Translations under genes and position numbers: made by a program
The notes under the pieces: generated by a model
What the model was told of the DNA's origin: nothing
The model's database searches: none
Seen by the model: the letters and a program-made list of their open reading frames with translations, nothing else
Shown: piece after piece, positions 29,427 to 38,937 of the stretch
How positions within the stretch are numbered: position 1 is the stretch's first letter
How the letters are laid out: each line of letters opens with the position of its first letter
Source: a virus
DNA: 64,000 nucleotides
Virus record (IMG/VR): IMGVR_UViG_3300012920_000022
Location: 71,756 to 135,755 of that record
Direction: 5' to 3' (one strand)

Positions 29427-29510
29427 CAAAATGTCATCAAAATAAATTTGGCACGATTTTTGTAATATTTTGTGTAAAGATTTTTTAACTTATAAATTAT
29501 TAATATCATG
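29422..29510 (+). promoter_or_regulatory. Regulatory cassette copy 4
   Basis: TGACAAAATGTCA at 29424-29436, 12 bp, TGGCAC at 29449; differs from copy 3 at about 2 positions. Confidence 0.85.
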
Positions 29511-30017
29511 AGACAAATTATCATAACACAGACTGACATAGCAAATAAAAATCAGCTTAAGAAGGCTTGCCAAAAATTAATTGATGATGAAAGACTGTCA
29601 TTTAAGGGCAAAGAGCCTGAAGATATGAGACCTATCATTACCGAAATATTAGCTGAACTCAACATATGGGAGACATCATTGGAATCCTCTGTTAATAAGG
29701 TTATATCTCACATATTCACTGATAGCAGAAGCAGCATGCCAAAGCATAGTGATGGTACATCTATTGTGGTTAATGCCGTAGTAGACTCATTTGATTTTAA
29801 TGAGGAGATTCCAACTACTACTAATGGTGTTGATGAAATAACCATTTCAGTGGATGAATGTAAGAAAAAATACCAAAAAACATTAAGCACAATACCCACC
29901 AGAGCTGATAAAATAAGATTTTTGATCAGAAATGTTGGATATAAGCCATCATTTATAAGGGATGTGTTGGGTATGAAAAATTCAGTCCAAATTGTATCAA
30001 TAAGAAAAAAGATGTGA
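29508..30017 (+). CDS. Protein with C-terminal HTH-like motif
   Basis: TRADKIRFLIRNVGYKPSFIRDVLGM resembles the HTH of the 23896 ORF. Confidence 0.6.
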   Translation: MRQIIITQTDIANKNQLKKACQKLIDDERLSFKGKEPEDMRPIITEILAELNIWETSLESSVNKVISHIFTDSRSSMPKHSDGTSIVVNAVVDSFDFNEEIPTTTNGVDEITISVDECKKKYQKTLSTIPTRADKIRFLIRNVGYKPSFIRDVLGMKNSVQIVSIRKKM

Positions 30018-30868
30018 ATATGGGAAAATTGAAAAAAATATTAGATGAATCCTTTGGCAAGTTGCCATATGTCATTTACCGCAAAATTCAACAGTTAGAA
30101 AGCGATATTAATGGGGGACATTATAGATATCTCCCATTATCTATACCTGAGATTTCAGATGCAGAGGTAGAAAAATTAATTCAATTCATTAACACTGATA
30201 TTGATGAAATCTCAGGTTATCAAACCATATTTAATCCTGGTGATTTGGTGATTGATAAATTTACTAATGTTAAAGGAGTCATTAAAGATATTAATCCTAA
30301 TAGTTCTCTATATCGCATTATCATGGAAGATAATCCAACAAAGTTATCCCATAATAGTGCTGATAATCTGGAATTTATATCCACCATGGATGAATTATCA
30401 CCCACCAATTTATCATTAAAGTTAATAAAAATATATGTCACTAACTTTTTTAATATAACTATATTGGAAAATAATGAAATACAATATGGATTAGAGAAGT
30501 ATGATTATGTGGGTAATTTTGAAGTGGTTACTGAGAAAATGATTTTATATAAGTGTATTGGTATACTGGAAAATGTGAATGGTATACCAATACACTTATA
30601 TAAAATCTTTGAAGATTTTTTGACTAATACTTTGATTTATTCATGTTTTGATAACATAAATCAAAGTATTAGTCAACTTATTCTTGTTAATAAGGTGATT
30701 TTACATAATGCTAATGCTATGGAGATTGTATATGGAGGCAATATAAACATAAATGATCTATATAGTAAATGTACTACCATAATTAGTGAATCAGTTGGTG
30801 AACACATAGAATCTAATTTAGTTAATAATTATGGGAATTCTATAACAATACTTTTAAATTTCAATTAA
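30014..30868 (+). CDS. Hypothetical protein with internal KOW/SH3-like segment
   Basis: FNPGDLVIDKFTNVKGVIKDI. Confidence 0.6.
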   Translation: MNMGKLKKILDESFGKLPYVIYRKIQQLESDINGGHYRYLPLSIPEISDAEVEKLIQFINTDIDEISGYQTIFNPGDLVIDKFTNVKGVIKDINPNSSLYRIIMEDNPTKLSHNSADNLEFISTMDELSPTNLSLKLIKIYVTNFFNITILENNEIQYGLEKYDYVGNFEVVTEKMILYKCIGILENVNGIPIHLYKIFEDFLTNTLIYSCFDNINQSISQLILVNKVILHNANAMEIVYGGNININDLYSKCTTIISESVGEHIESNLVNNYGNSITILLNFN

Positions 30869-30869
30869 T

Positions 30870-31070
30870 ATGAGAAAGCTATTTTACTTAGTTGATAATA
30901 AAAAATCACATTGTAAGTCATTAATAGGAATTAATGAGGGATATTCTATAATAAGATATGACAAGCTAGATCATATCAATACAGTTGTAGTTGATTACGC
31001 AGATGCTTACAACAAAAATCATGCAAAATACCTTTTTAAATTATCAGATTCTAATATAAACATAATTTAA
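30870..31070 (+). CDS. Small hypothetical protein (paralog of the next gene)
   Basis: YLVDN, YSII, VVDY and terminal NII shared with 31073. Confidence 0.6.
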   Translation: MRKLFYLVDNKKSHCKSLIGINEGYSIIRYDKLDHINTVVVDYADAYNKNHAKYLFKLSDSNINII

Positions 31071-31072
31071 TT

Positions 31073-31282
31073 ATGGCAAATAATATCAAAATGTATTGTT
31101 TAGTTGATAATCAAAATTCAAATCCACCAATAGTCTCCAATGACACACAATATTCAGTAATATCACGTGAACAAACCCAAAATCACGAAGGCATATGTAT
31201 AGTAGATTTTACATATGCTACTAATCATGATATTGCTAAAAATAAACTCAGATCAGATCATCCTAAAAAGAATATAATATAA
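31073..31282 (+). CDS. Small hypothetical protein (paralog of the previous gene)
   Basis: CLVDN, YSVI, IVDF, terminal NII. Confidence 0.6.
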   Translation: MANNIKMYCLVDNQNSNPPIVSNDTQYSVISREQTQNHEGICIVDFTYATNHDIAKNKLRSDHPKKNII

Positions 31283-31650
31283 TGGAAGGTAAAATAACAA
31301 TAATATATTATCTAGTAGAGGATAAATGGGGTAATAGGGCATCAGTAGTTTGTGAAGATCCATCGGATGATGTAGAACTATCCGATGGAATTTTTGATAA
31401 AGATCACCAGAATTTGTATTCTGGTGATCAAGCGTTTAAATTAACTGAATGGTGTATAAACAATGGTTTAAAGCTCAAATCATTGGTTGAATATAAAGAT
31501 ATACACTCATTATTTGATGAAAAGCATAAAAGAATAAAGTATAATGATGATGGTACCATTGATATTATTGATGAAAATAGCTTTAATCCAACAGCAAAAT
31601 ATTTCATCAATAATGAATCCGCCAATATATTCTTAAAAAAGTTTAAATAA
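31282..31650 (+). CDS. Hypothetical protein
   Basis: 122-aa ORF, TAATG overlap. Confidence 0.65.
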   Translation: MEGKITIIYYLVEDKWGNRASVVCEDPSDDVELSDGIFDKDHQNLYSGDQAFKLTEWCINNGLKLKSLVEYKDIHSLFDEKHKRIKYNDDGTIDIIDENSFNPTAKYFINNESANIFLKKFK

Positions 31651-31651
31651 T

Positions 31652-31954
31652 ATGACCAACAGAGATTATTTTTCAAATAGAATCGTAATACCTAAATTTA
31701 AAGTGTACTATATGGGTTCTAAGAAAAAATTTGTACTCAATGAATATGAATTAACTGAACTTATGTATAGAGTGGCTAATGGTGATGTTGATCATCATAA
31801 CTTAATGGTAGAAGATGAGGATGGTAATATATCTGAGTTTGATGATAGTGGTGTGGTTGAAGGTAATTTCAAAAACGGGTTATCAAGGTATGGTATAATT
31901 GCAAATAATCATATGAAAAGAGTTAAAGTTATAAGAAACAAAAAACAATTATAG
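31652..31954 (+). CDS. Hypothetical protein
   Basis: 100-aa ORF. Confidence 0.65.
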   Translation: MTNRDYFSNRIVIPKFKVYYMGSKKKFVLNEYELTELMYRVANGDVDHHNLMVEDEDGNISEFDDSGVVEGNFKNGLSRYGIIANNHMKRVKVIRNKKQL

Positions 31955-31955
31955 T

Positions 31956-32246
31956 ATGACACATCATAATGAAATTTCAGAAATACCAATACCAGATGGA
32001 TTAAATGAATCATATATATTGGATAACTATTTGGATATAAAAATGGAATATGATAATCTAATACATCCATACATCATTATTTTACCATTGAATCAAGATG
32101 CTGAATTATTAAGAGAATATCTATATAAATATCTATGGAAAGATGGTATCTTGATCTGGCAAAATATATCAAGATACGGATCACGTGAATTCAATGTATC
32201 TTATAATAGTGAAATATATTTGGTAATATTAATTAGTAATGACTGA
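31956..32246 (+). CDS. Hypothetical protein
   Basis: 96-aa ORF. Confidence 0.6.
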   Translation: MTHHNEISEIPIPDGLNESYILDNYLDIKMEYDNLIHPYIIILPLNQDAELLREYLYKYLWKDGILIWQNISRYGSREFNVSYNSEIYLVILISND

Positions 32247-32255
32247 ATTTTATAT

Positions 32256-32381
32256 GGCACAACATCCACGCCCATAAGCACTCTAACCAACAAAAACATG
32301 CGCGGAGAAATATGGGTTTAAACTTGGTGTTAGTGGATGACACATTAATTGTGATATTGGGTTCGATTCCCTATTGTGCCA
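32256..32381 (+). ncRNA. tRNA-like RNA with enlarged D-arm region
   Basis: Acceptor GGCACAA/TTGTGCC, T-arm GGG-TTCGATT-CCC, extra stems CATCCAC/GTGGATG and CCCATA/TATGGG; intergenic and GC-richer than its flanks. Confidence 0.6.
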
Positions 32382-32403
32382 CAAACCAAATGAATATAAT
32401 ATT

Positions 32404-32700
32404 ATGAATAAACTAATAGGATATTTTGAATGTAATAGTATACTTATAAAATTGCTAATATTAGCTATGGTTTTGATTGTTCTAATTATAAGTATGTCAT
32501 CATATATTGCCAGATCCAGGAACAAAAAGTTCATTAATAATATAAATATAGGGGATTTTGTGAAATATAGATCGGAATTAGGGTGGATTAAAGGCAAAGT
32601 TATTGATATTAAAGATAATAAATTTAAGGTTAATGTCAGAAGTATCTGTACAGATACCACCAGATGGATAAATAAATCTAATTGTAAAAAGCCATGGTAA
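32404..32700 (+). CDS. Small membrane-anchored protein with KOW/YajC-like soluble domain
   Basis: Hydrophobic ILIKLLILAMVLIVLII followed by INIGDFVKY...KGKVIDIKD. Confidence 0.6.
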   Translation: MNKLIGYFECNSILIKLLILAMVLIVLIISMSSYIARSRNKKFINNINIGDFVKYRSELGWIKGKVIDIKDNKFKVNVRSICTDTTRWINKSNCKKPW

Positions 32701-33179
32701 AATATAGACTAGAAAGAATCACTATCAATACTACCAAATTATATTATACTAGCCCCAAATTATATTATAACCAGTTTAATTCTGCTGGTAATAGATATTC
32801 ACAAAATAAAATCAGAGGTGGTAGCTGGATACCAATTAATGTAAATATATTGGATAAAAATGGTGTTATATTGGCAACCACTAATGTGAATGTAGATAAG
32901 TCAGTAGTTAGTCTTGGTAATGATTTTATAATAAAATTGGTAAATGTGGGTGATAGGATTAGTGATAATGAGATAGAATCATTTATTAATAAAGATAAAA
33001 ACCATATATGTGATATGGAAATGTTCATGGATACTATTACTCGCGTAGTTAAAAATGACAATAATCTAAATAATGAGGAGTTGAATAATGTAAGAAAATT
33101 TATTAATATGATGGGTAAATCAAAAAGATTTTCTATTATGGCTCATAATTATATAAAAAATCATGAGCGTCATGAATAA
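32694..33179 (+). CDS. Hypothetical protein
   Basis: 161-aa ORF, last gene of the plus-strand run. Confidence 0.6.
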   Translation: MVKYRLERITINTTKLYYTSPKLYYNQFNSAGNRYSQNKIRGGSWIPINVNILDKNGVILATTNVNVDKSVVSLGNDFIIKLVNVGDRISDNEIESFINKDKNHICDMEMFMDTITRVVKNDNNLNNEELNNVRKFINMMGKSKRFSIMAHNYIKNHERHE

Positions 33180-34516
33180 TATGATAACCCTTGGTAGTTT
33201 GATATATCAATGTTATTTTTTATTTCTTCTATGACACCGGATGATATGCCATATTTGTGTAAATTGTCACAGAATTTCATTATATCATCCGGTGTCATAT
33301 TATTTTTTGCATTAGACCAGTTTTTACATATTTCATATGCATTAACAACACCCTCCCTTTTCATTATTGTTTGGATACCCTCCATTAATACTATACTATA
33401 CTTACTCAATTCTTCTAATATAAATTCCTTGTTAAATGATATTTTTTTCATACCCTTTAAAATTTTTCTAATGCCCACTATAAAATATCCTAAAGGAACT
33501 CCAATATTATCATATAGCACACTGTTTGATAAATCACCATATAACCTAGATTTAGTTAATCTTATCTTCATTGAGTTAATAATATAGCTTGACATATTTA
33601 GATTACCTTCAGCCAAGTCAAATTCTGATAAATCAGTTTTGTGTGGCATAGAGGAATCTCCTATGATGGTACTACCTTTTTTTATTATGTACCCCATAAG
33701 ACCATAAGACCACATATCCATGGATAAATCAACAAGCACTCCATTAATTTTATTAATGGAATCAATAAAAGATACCAAACCATCATTACTACCAACCTGA
33801 GTGGTAAATTTTTCTCTTGGTAAGTCATATTTATATACAAATTCATCCATTAATTTATGCCAATCTGCATTAGGTAACGACATGTAGTGTGCATTCAAAT
33901 TACCAGTTGTGCCACCAAATTTCACATAAACTGTTGATTGTTTGTATTCTTTTAAACACCTACATATCCTATCTTTATAAACTCTAAATATTTGTGATAT
34001 AGTGGTGGGAGTACATGGTTGACCTTGTGACCTGGGTATGAAAACTGTTTCATCATATTTATCTATAAATACATCAAATTGGTTAATTATATCATCTGTA
34101 TATTTTGATATTGTTGGTTTGAAATCATTTATCATAATAGCCATAGATAATGATGATACATCTTCGGATGATAATCCATAATGTATATAGGATATATTAC
34201 TATCTATATGTTTTTTAATATATTCATTTATGGCATATATTTGATCACCGTATTTTTTAGCTAAATCTATAATAAATTTAGCTGATGACATATCATATTT
34301 AATATATAGTTGCTTAATTTCGTTTATCTCACCTATATTGAATGGTCTGCATGGTGTTTCATCCAGATTACAAATATAGATGAGATAATCGCATGCAACC
34401 ATTAGTTTATATTTTATGGTTGCATATTCTGAGAAATAATATGATAGATCTATTAAATCTTCAAAATACTTACCAGTTAATGGTGATATAGATAATATTT
34501 CACTATTAGTTAACAA
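33170..34516 (-). CDS. purB: Adenylosuccinate lyase homologue with degenerate active site
   Basis: SISPLTGKY, FSEY, IHYGLSSED, KFGGTTGNLNAH, FTTQ, SSMPHK are colinear with E. coli-type PurB. Confidence 0.85.
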   Translation of the reverse strand: MLTNSEILSISPLTGKYFEDLIDLSYYFSEYATIKYKLMVACDYLIYICNLDETPCRPFNIGEINEIKQLYIKYDMSSAKFIIDLAKKYGDQIYAINEYIKKHIDSNISYIHYGLSSEDVSSLSMAIMINDFKPTISKYTDDIINQFDVFIDKYDETVFIPRSQGQPCTPTTISQIFRVYKDRICRCLKEYKQSTVYVKFGGTTGNLNAHYMSLPNADWHKLMDEFVYKYDLPREKFTTQVGSNDGLVSFIDSINKINGVLVDLSMDMWSYGLMGYIIKKGSTIIGDSSMPHKTDLSEFDLAEGNLNMSSYIINSMKIRLTKSRLYGDLSNSVLYDNIGVPLGYFIVGIRKILKGMKKISFNKEFILEELSKYSIVLMEGIQTIMKREGVVNAYEICKNWSNAKNNMTPDDIMKFCDNLHKYGISSGVIEEIKNNIDISNYQGLSYYS

Positions 34517-34520
34517 TTTA

Positions 34521-35264
34521 TTATATTTTTGATTTTAAATTTCTGACTCTGCAATATTCCATGATAAAAAACGAATCCACCATATCATTTATTGGTGATT
34601 CCACCTTATTTTTAATCACAGTTGGGGTTTCCTGAATTTGAGTTATATATATGGATTCATCCTCGTTATTTAAAAAATTGAGCAACGGATCTGATTCATT
34701 ACCAATATTTTTAAATAAATTTAACATATCAAATTTATTATAATTACCTTTTCCAAAATGAGCTTTCACACTTGGTGATGGATAAACTTCAATACCATTT
34801 ACAGGTTTAAACATATTGATAATATTTAGCTTCATGAATGATGTTATTTCCACCAATTGAACCAATGTATCACTTGGTGATCCATATGAATAATGTTCAA
34901 ATGATATAATAAATTCATCGGTACCAGATAAACCATTTAAATGTGGTGATATTGCATCACATAAAATATTAGATATCTTATAAGCCCTATCCATTATTTC
35001 GGTATGCCACGAATTAATATCTTTTTTTCTTTTGGCGGATGATATTGCTGGTGACCTAAAATACATACCATTAATACCGTCATAATTTGTCAAATTTGTC
35101 AATAAATCTGATTTACTAATCCAGTCTGCATCATTCTTTAAAGATTTAGATTTAGATATAGTTAATAAATTAGTTAGATGATAATATGTTATCTTATCAT
35201 CTTTACTATCATGAACACATATTGATGTACTATTTACTGAAGCATCTATTCCTATGGTTACCAT
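34521..35264 (-). CDS. RuvC-like Holliday junction resolvase (RNase H fold)
   Basis: IGIDAS, FEHYSYGS, PSPSVKAHFGKGN, DMVDS. Confidence 0.7.
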   Translation of the reverse strand: MVTIGIDASVNSTSICVHDSKDDKITYYHLTNLLTISKSKSLKNDADWISKSDLLTNLTNYDGINGMYFRSPAISSAKRKKDINSWHTEIMDRAYKISNILCDAISPHLNGLSGTDEFIISFEHYSYGSPSDTLVQLVEITSFMKLNIINMFKPVNGIEVYPSPSVKAHFGKGNYNKFDMLNLFKNIGNESDPLLNFLNNEDESIYITQIQETPTVIKNKVESPINDMVDSFFIMEYCRVRNLKSKI

Positions 35265-35352
35265 ATGTTATTTTTACGTAACATAAGTGAGCTAAAATAA
35301 TAAAGTTACATAAAATTAATAAATAATAAATAATAAAAATATTGAAAAATCT

Positions 35353-35904
35353 ATGGCATACCATTTCAAAGATTCTAGAACATCCACGTCGCTGGATGAG
35401 CCAGTTTATTTAACTAAATTTGTGGCAACTTTTATATTACCACCTTCACTTAGAGAAAGATATGGGACAGAACTATTAACTGAGCAAATAAAAAGAATAG
35501 GAGGGCTAGAGACTAACAAAATGCCAGAAGCAGTTGAGCAAATGTATAGATTTCATAAGAGAAGATTTGCTGGATCTGTGGTGGAGACTAATGTTGATTT
35601 AGAAATGGAATTTGAAGCCAATGTTGATGAAAATCTAAGGATATATCCATATAATATACTAGAAGATTGGAGTAAATTAGTATATGATCCAAACACTGGG
35701 TTCCAGACCATCAAAAGAGAATATGCAGGTCAAGTTATTATAGATCTACATGATAAAGTTGGGAATATACTAAGAAAATGGTATTTCAAAACTATATTCC
35801 CAGTAGTTGGATTGACCGCCATGGAATTGAATTATGGAGAAGAGTCTATATATGTACCCTCAATAACATATGCAGCTGAAAATTTTGAAGATTTAACCAA
35901 CTAA
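35353..35904 (+). CDS. gp19: Tail tube protein, T4 gp19-like
   Basis: 183 aa; EPVY..KF, W...VYDPNTG...KREYAG, DKVG...RKW....FP pattern; TAATAAATA upstream. Confidence 0.75.
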   Translation: MAYHFKDSRTSTSLDEPVYLTKFVATFILPPSLRERYGTELLTEQIKRIGGLETNKMPEAVEQMYRFHKRRFAGSVVETNVDLEMEFEANVDENLRIYPYNILEDWSKLVYDPNTGFQTIKREYAGQVIIDLHDKVGNILRKWYFKTIFPVVGLTAMELNYGEESIYVPSITYAAENFEDLTN

Positions 35905-36687
35905 ATTGATAAATATATCATTATCTTCACAAAAATCATCTGCATGATAACATTCGCCAACTCCCAAATTCCTGGCAAATAATAAATCACTATCAGAAAA
36001 ATCTTTTTTATGAGTTTTTATGAGTTTAACATGATCTCCAGTAACAATGCATCTATAAACTGAGTTACTTGTCTCTATGGTATCATCACTGTCGTTGATT
36101 TCATGAACGTAATCTTCACCGTAATCTTCACCAATAGTTAATATTAATTTTCCGTCTACATTTCTAGTATAATTTATTGGTTTTCCAAATGGGTTTAAGT
36201 TTTCGTGCCTTCCATCATCTATGGGATATACATATTTGATTTCTTTTTTTGGTAATTCTATTTTTAATCCCATAGCATCACCCACCATTATTGATTCTGA
36301 ATAATCATATTCATTTTGATCATATAATTCTAAGAACCATTTTGCGTTGGGTTTTCTAATATCATGACCATCGTGTAGCCCAATATGATATGATAATACA
36401 TTATTATCATAATTATGGGCTGTGTTGGTATTGATCATTTTGTTATTGTGATCAAAGTTAATATATTGGGTTATTTCTCTAACAACTTCATTTACCTTAT
36501 GTGATACAAATGAGGGTTTATCATAGCCCTTGTTAATACCACCCTGATTGGTAACTATAACTATACTATAGCCTGATTTATTATATTTGTATATATTTTT
36601 TAAAATACCGGATTTAAACCTCCAGTTTCCCATATTATCAGATACAATAATGGTATCATCTAAATCTAATATCAATAATTTTTTCAT
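35893..36687 (-). CDS. HAD class III phosphatase (polynucleotide 3'-phosphatase/GmhB-like)
   Basis: DLDDT, VTNQGG, RKP, MVGDA, SDSD with a long insertion. Confidence 0.85.
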   Translation of the reverse strand: MKKLLILDLDDTIIVSDNMGNWRFKSGILKNIYKYNKSGYSIVIVTNQGGINKGYDKPSFVSHKVNEVVREITQYINFDHNNKMINTNTAHNYDNNVLSYHIGLHDGHDIRKPNAKWFLELYDQNEYDYSESIMVGDAMGLKIELPKKEIKYVYPIDDGRHENLNPFGKPINYTRNVDGKLILTIGEDYGEDYVHEINDSDDTIETSNSVYRCIVTGDHVKLIKTHKKDFSDSDLLFARNLGVGECYHADDFCEDNDIFINLVG

Positions 36688-36698
36688 AATTACAATTT

Positions 36699-37589
36699 TT
36701 AATTTGGATCTTTTAAATATCTATCGTGTTCGCCATTTTTCAGTTGTCTCATAACATCTTTAATATTATAACCAATATGAATATGACTTAATTGATCACA
36801 TTGACAATACCATCCATCATTAGCCCAATAGAAAAGTTCTATATTACCAGTAAATCCTCTATTTTTCATTTCATTTATTATCTTTCTTTTATTTTTACTC
36901 ATTGGGGTTTTTTTGATGTTTATGTGATTTTTTGTATTTATTTGATCACGCTTAGTTAATTTTATTGGTAGTATGCCAACTCCATTCATATTTATGCTCC
37001 AAGCTTTTTTATGATCTATTCTAAGTTCATCCCCACATACCACCATACCTTTCATACCATTTATAAAGAAATTCAATGTACACATTTTTGCGCACATTTC
37101 ATCAATATCGGTACAATAAAAATAGTTATTAGGGTGATCCTTAGCTATATCCAACATAGTTCTACCAGATCCCGCAGAAGGATCATAGAATGACTTATCA
37201 GTAATCACATCAGGAACACATATCATACCCATTAATTTACATATAGAACTTGGTGTAAATACTTGACCCATCTTCTTATCACTAAAATTCTCCATAAATA
37301 TGTGACCCAATATATCTGAATAATTATGATCATATGCACTATTTACAAATATGGATATGAGTTCTGAAAATGAATCTATTTCATTCCTGTCATAATTTTT
37401 TATGATATCCATATATAATGATTCATTATTCTCATCTTTCATGGATAAAGAAGACTGTATATTAATTGAATGGTATGTACATATGGCTAATTGTAAAAAA
37501 TCTTTAAATATTTGTCTTCTGCCGTGTTTACCACCCAAATCAAATAATATATCAGTAAATCGTTTTATATAGGGATTTAAATTAATCAT
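36699..37589 (-). CDS. N6-adenine methyltransferase-like protein (HsdM-type SAM-binding domain)
   Basis: GQVFTP, FYDPSAGSG, DID; no NPPY/F catalytic motif visible. Confidence 0.7.
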   Translation of the reverse strand: MINLNPYIKRFTDILFDLGGKHGRRQIFKDFLQLAICTYHSINIQSSLSMKDENNESLYMDIIKNYDRNEIDSFSELISIFVNSAYDHNYSDILGHIFMENFSDKKMGQVFTPSSICKLMGMICVPDVITDKSFYDPSAGSGRTMLDIAKDHPNNYFYCTDIDEMCAKMCTLNFFINGMKGMVVCGDELRIDHKKAWSINMNGVGILPIKLTKRDQINTKNHINIKKTPMSKNKRKIINEMKNRGFTGNIELFYWANDGWYCQCDQLSHIHIGYNIKDVMRQLKNGEHDRYLKDPN

Positions 37590-37798
37590 ATTATGTCTAT
37601 TTCATGATTACTAACAGTACATGAAAACCCATCTGTATTTAATGTATCCTCTACATGATATTCACCATCACTATTTTGATATAATACAGTTACAATATCA
37701 CCAGATTTTCTACTGGTTCCATTGTCTAATTCTATATCAACTTTTAATATTCCTTTTTTGTTGATGGTATTACCAAATATTTCGCTTAGTTTTGCCAT
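37586..37798 (-). CDS. Small hypothetical protein
   Basis: 70-aa ORF with overlapping stop and start. Confidence 0.55.
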   Translation of the reverse strand: MAKLSEIFGNTINKKGILKVDIELDNGTSRKSGDIVTVLYQNSDGEYHVEDTLNTDGFSCTVSNHEIDII

Positions 37799-37799
37799 A

Positions 37800-38357
37800 T
37801 CAAAATTTATTATATGTGTCTAAATGTTTATACTTTTTTCTGATTTTGGTGGGTGATTGATATATTTTCCACAAACCACGTTTCTTATTTTTAGCGTGAT
37901 TTTCTGCTTTTCTTAATATGCTTATGTGCTTATTGTTTGGTAAAACTTCGTCAACAAACCCCATACCATTATATGCTATCATTTTATTAATCATTTCACC
38001 ACCCATATATACATAACACAGATGCCTATTAAATTTATCAATTCTTTGTTTATCATATGATATAGTAACCTTTTGATTTAATATGAGTTTAATCAACCAT
38101 TCTTTGGATTCTTTACCATATGGTTCTATATCTTTAAATGATTTTTGGGATTCCGGAGCATTGACACCTATTAGTCTAATAACTTTTTCACCTCTATACT
38201 TACGACTCCTGGGTACTTTTTTAGCATTCTTATTTCCTATTGCTATTGTATCTCCATCTAATACCCTTAATACAGTATATTTTTTATTATAAACTGATAT
38301 CTTTATAAACAATAGCAATAAAATACAAATTATTAAAATTATTATAGTAATGTCCAT
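37800..38357 (-). CDS. Thermonuclease (SNase family) with N-terminal membrane anchor
   Basis: VLDGDT, IRLIGVNAPE, DKFNRHLCYV, AKNKKRGLW. Confidence 0.9.
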   Translation of the reverse strand: MDITIIILIICILLLLFIKISVYNKKYTVLRVLDGDTIAIGNKNAKKVPRSRKYRGEKVIRLIGVNAPESQKSFKDIEPYGKESKEWLIKLILNQKVTISYDKQRIDKFNRHLCYVYMGGEMINKMIAYNGMGFVDEVLPNNKHISILRKAENHAKNKKRGLWKIYQSPTKIRKKYKHLDTYNKF

Positions 38358-38806
38358 TATATACCGTTTTTTAATTCAACATTAATGGTCTTATCATAGC
38401 AGGTTACATTGATAAAATTTATTAGACCATAGGGTAAGCAAAGTAACAGTAGGTTATATACATCGTTGGAACTGTGTTCTATAATTAATCTATTGCTAAT
38501 TATACGCTTACTTTTAATCCAACTTGTATCGCCACTATCACCGATCAGTGTCATTAAATCAGTAATGTCAGATATATATGGTGAGTGTATTTCTGGGAAT
38601 GGATCTGCTGGTATATTAGTCCAGCACTTTATTTCATTATCATTAAAACAATCGGTAGATATACCAGTGTCACCAATCCATTTATATCCACCCCATCCAC
38701 CATTAGATTTATATTTAACTATACGATGATGACCATTGGTTAATATAATATAATAATCACCATCACGTTTTGGCTTGTTATATGGACTTTTCCATTGATT
38801 ATTCAT
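38357..38806 (-). CDS. Hypothetical protein with DUF551-like N-terminus
   Basis: W....KP...G.Y...W..IP..P pattern. Confidence 0.55.
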   Translation of the reverse strand: MNNQWKSPYNKPKRDGDYYIILTNGHHRIVKYKSNGGWGGYKWIGDTGISTDCFNDNEIKCWTNIPADPFPEIHSPYISDITDLMTLIGDSGDTSWIKSKRIISNRLIIEHSSNDVYNLLLLCLPYGLINFINVTCYDKTINVELKNGI

Positions 38807-38937
38807 ATGGTTATTCGTTTAATTTAATAAATATACTCTTAATTTTATCCAAATTATTGAGTTCTATTTTAGATATAATACCATCACCATTATATTTGGT
38901 AATTTCTTTGGTAATTTCACCACAAACTTGATAGAAT

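Noticed and set aside
32255-32271. TGGCAC at 32255 as a fifth sigma54-like promoter
   Set aside because: It lacks the TTG -12 element and the upstream palindrome, and is explained as the acceptor stem of the tRNA-like RNA
32283-32660. 125-aa minus-strand ORF and the TTG-start extension from 32374
   Set aside because: Antisense to a plus-strand operon and overlapping the tRNA-like element; the ATG at 32404 is the better start
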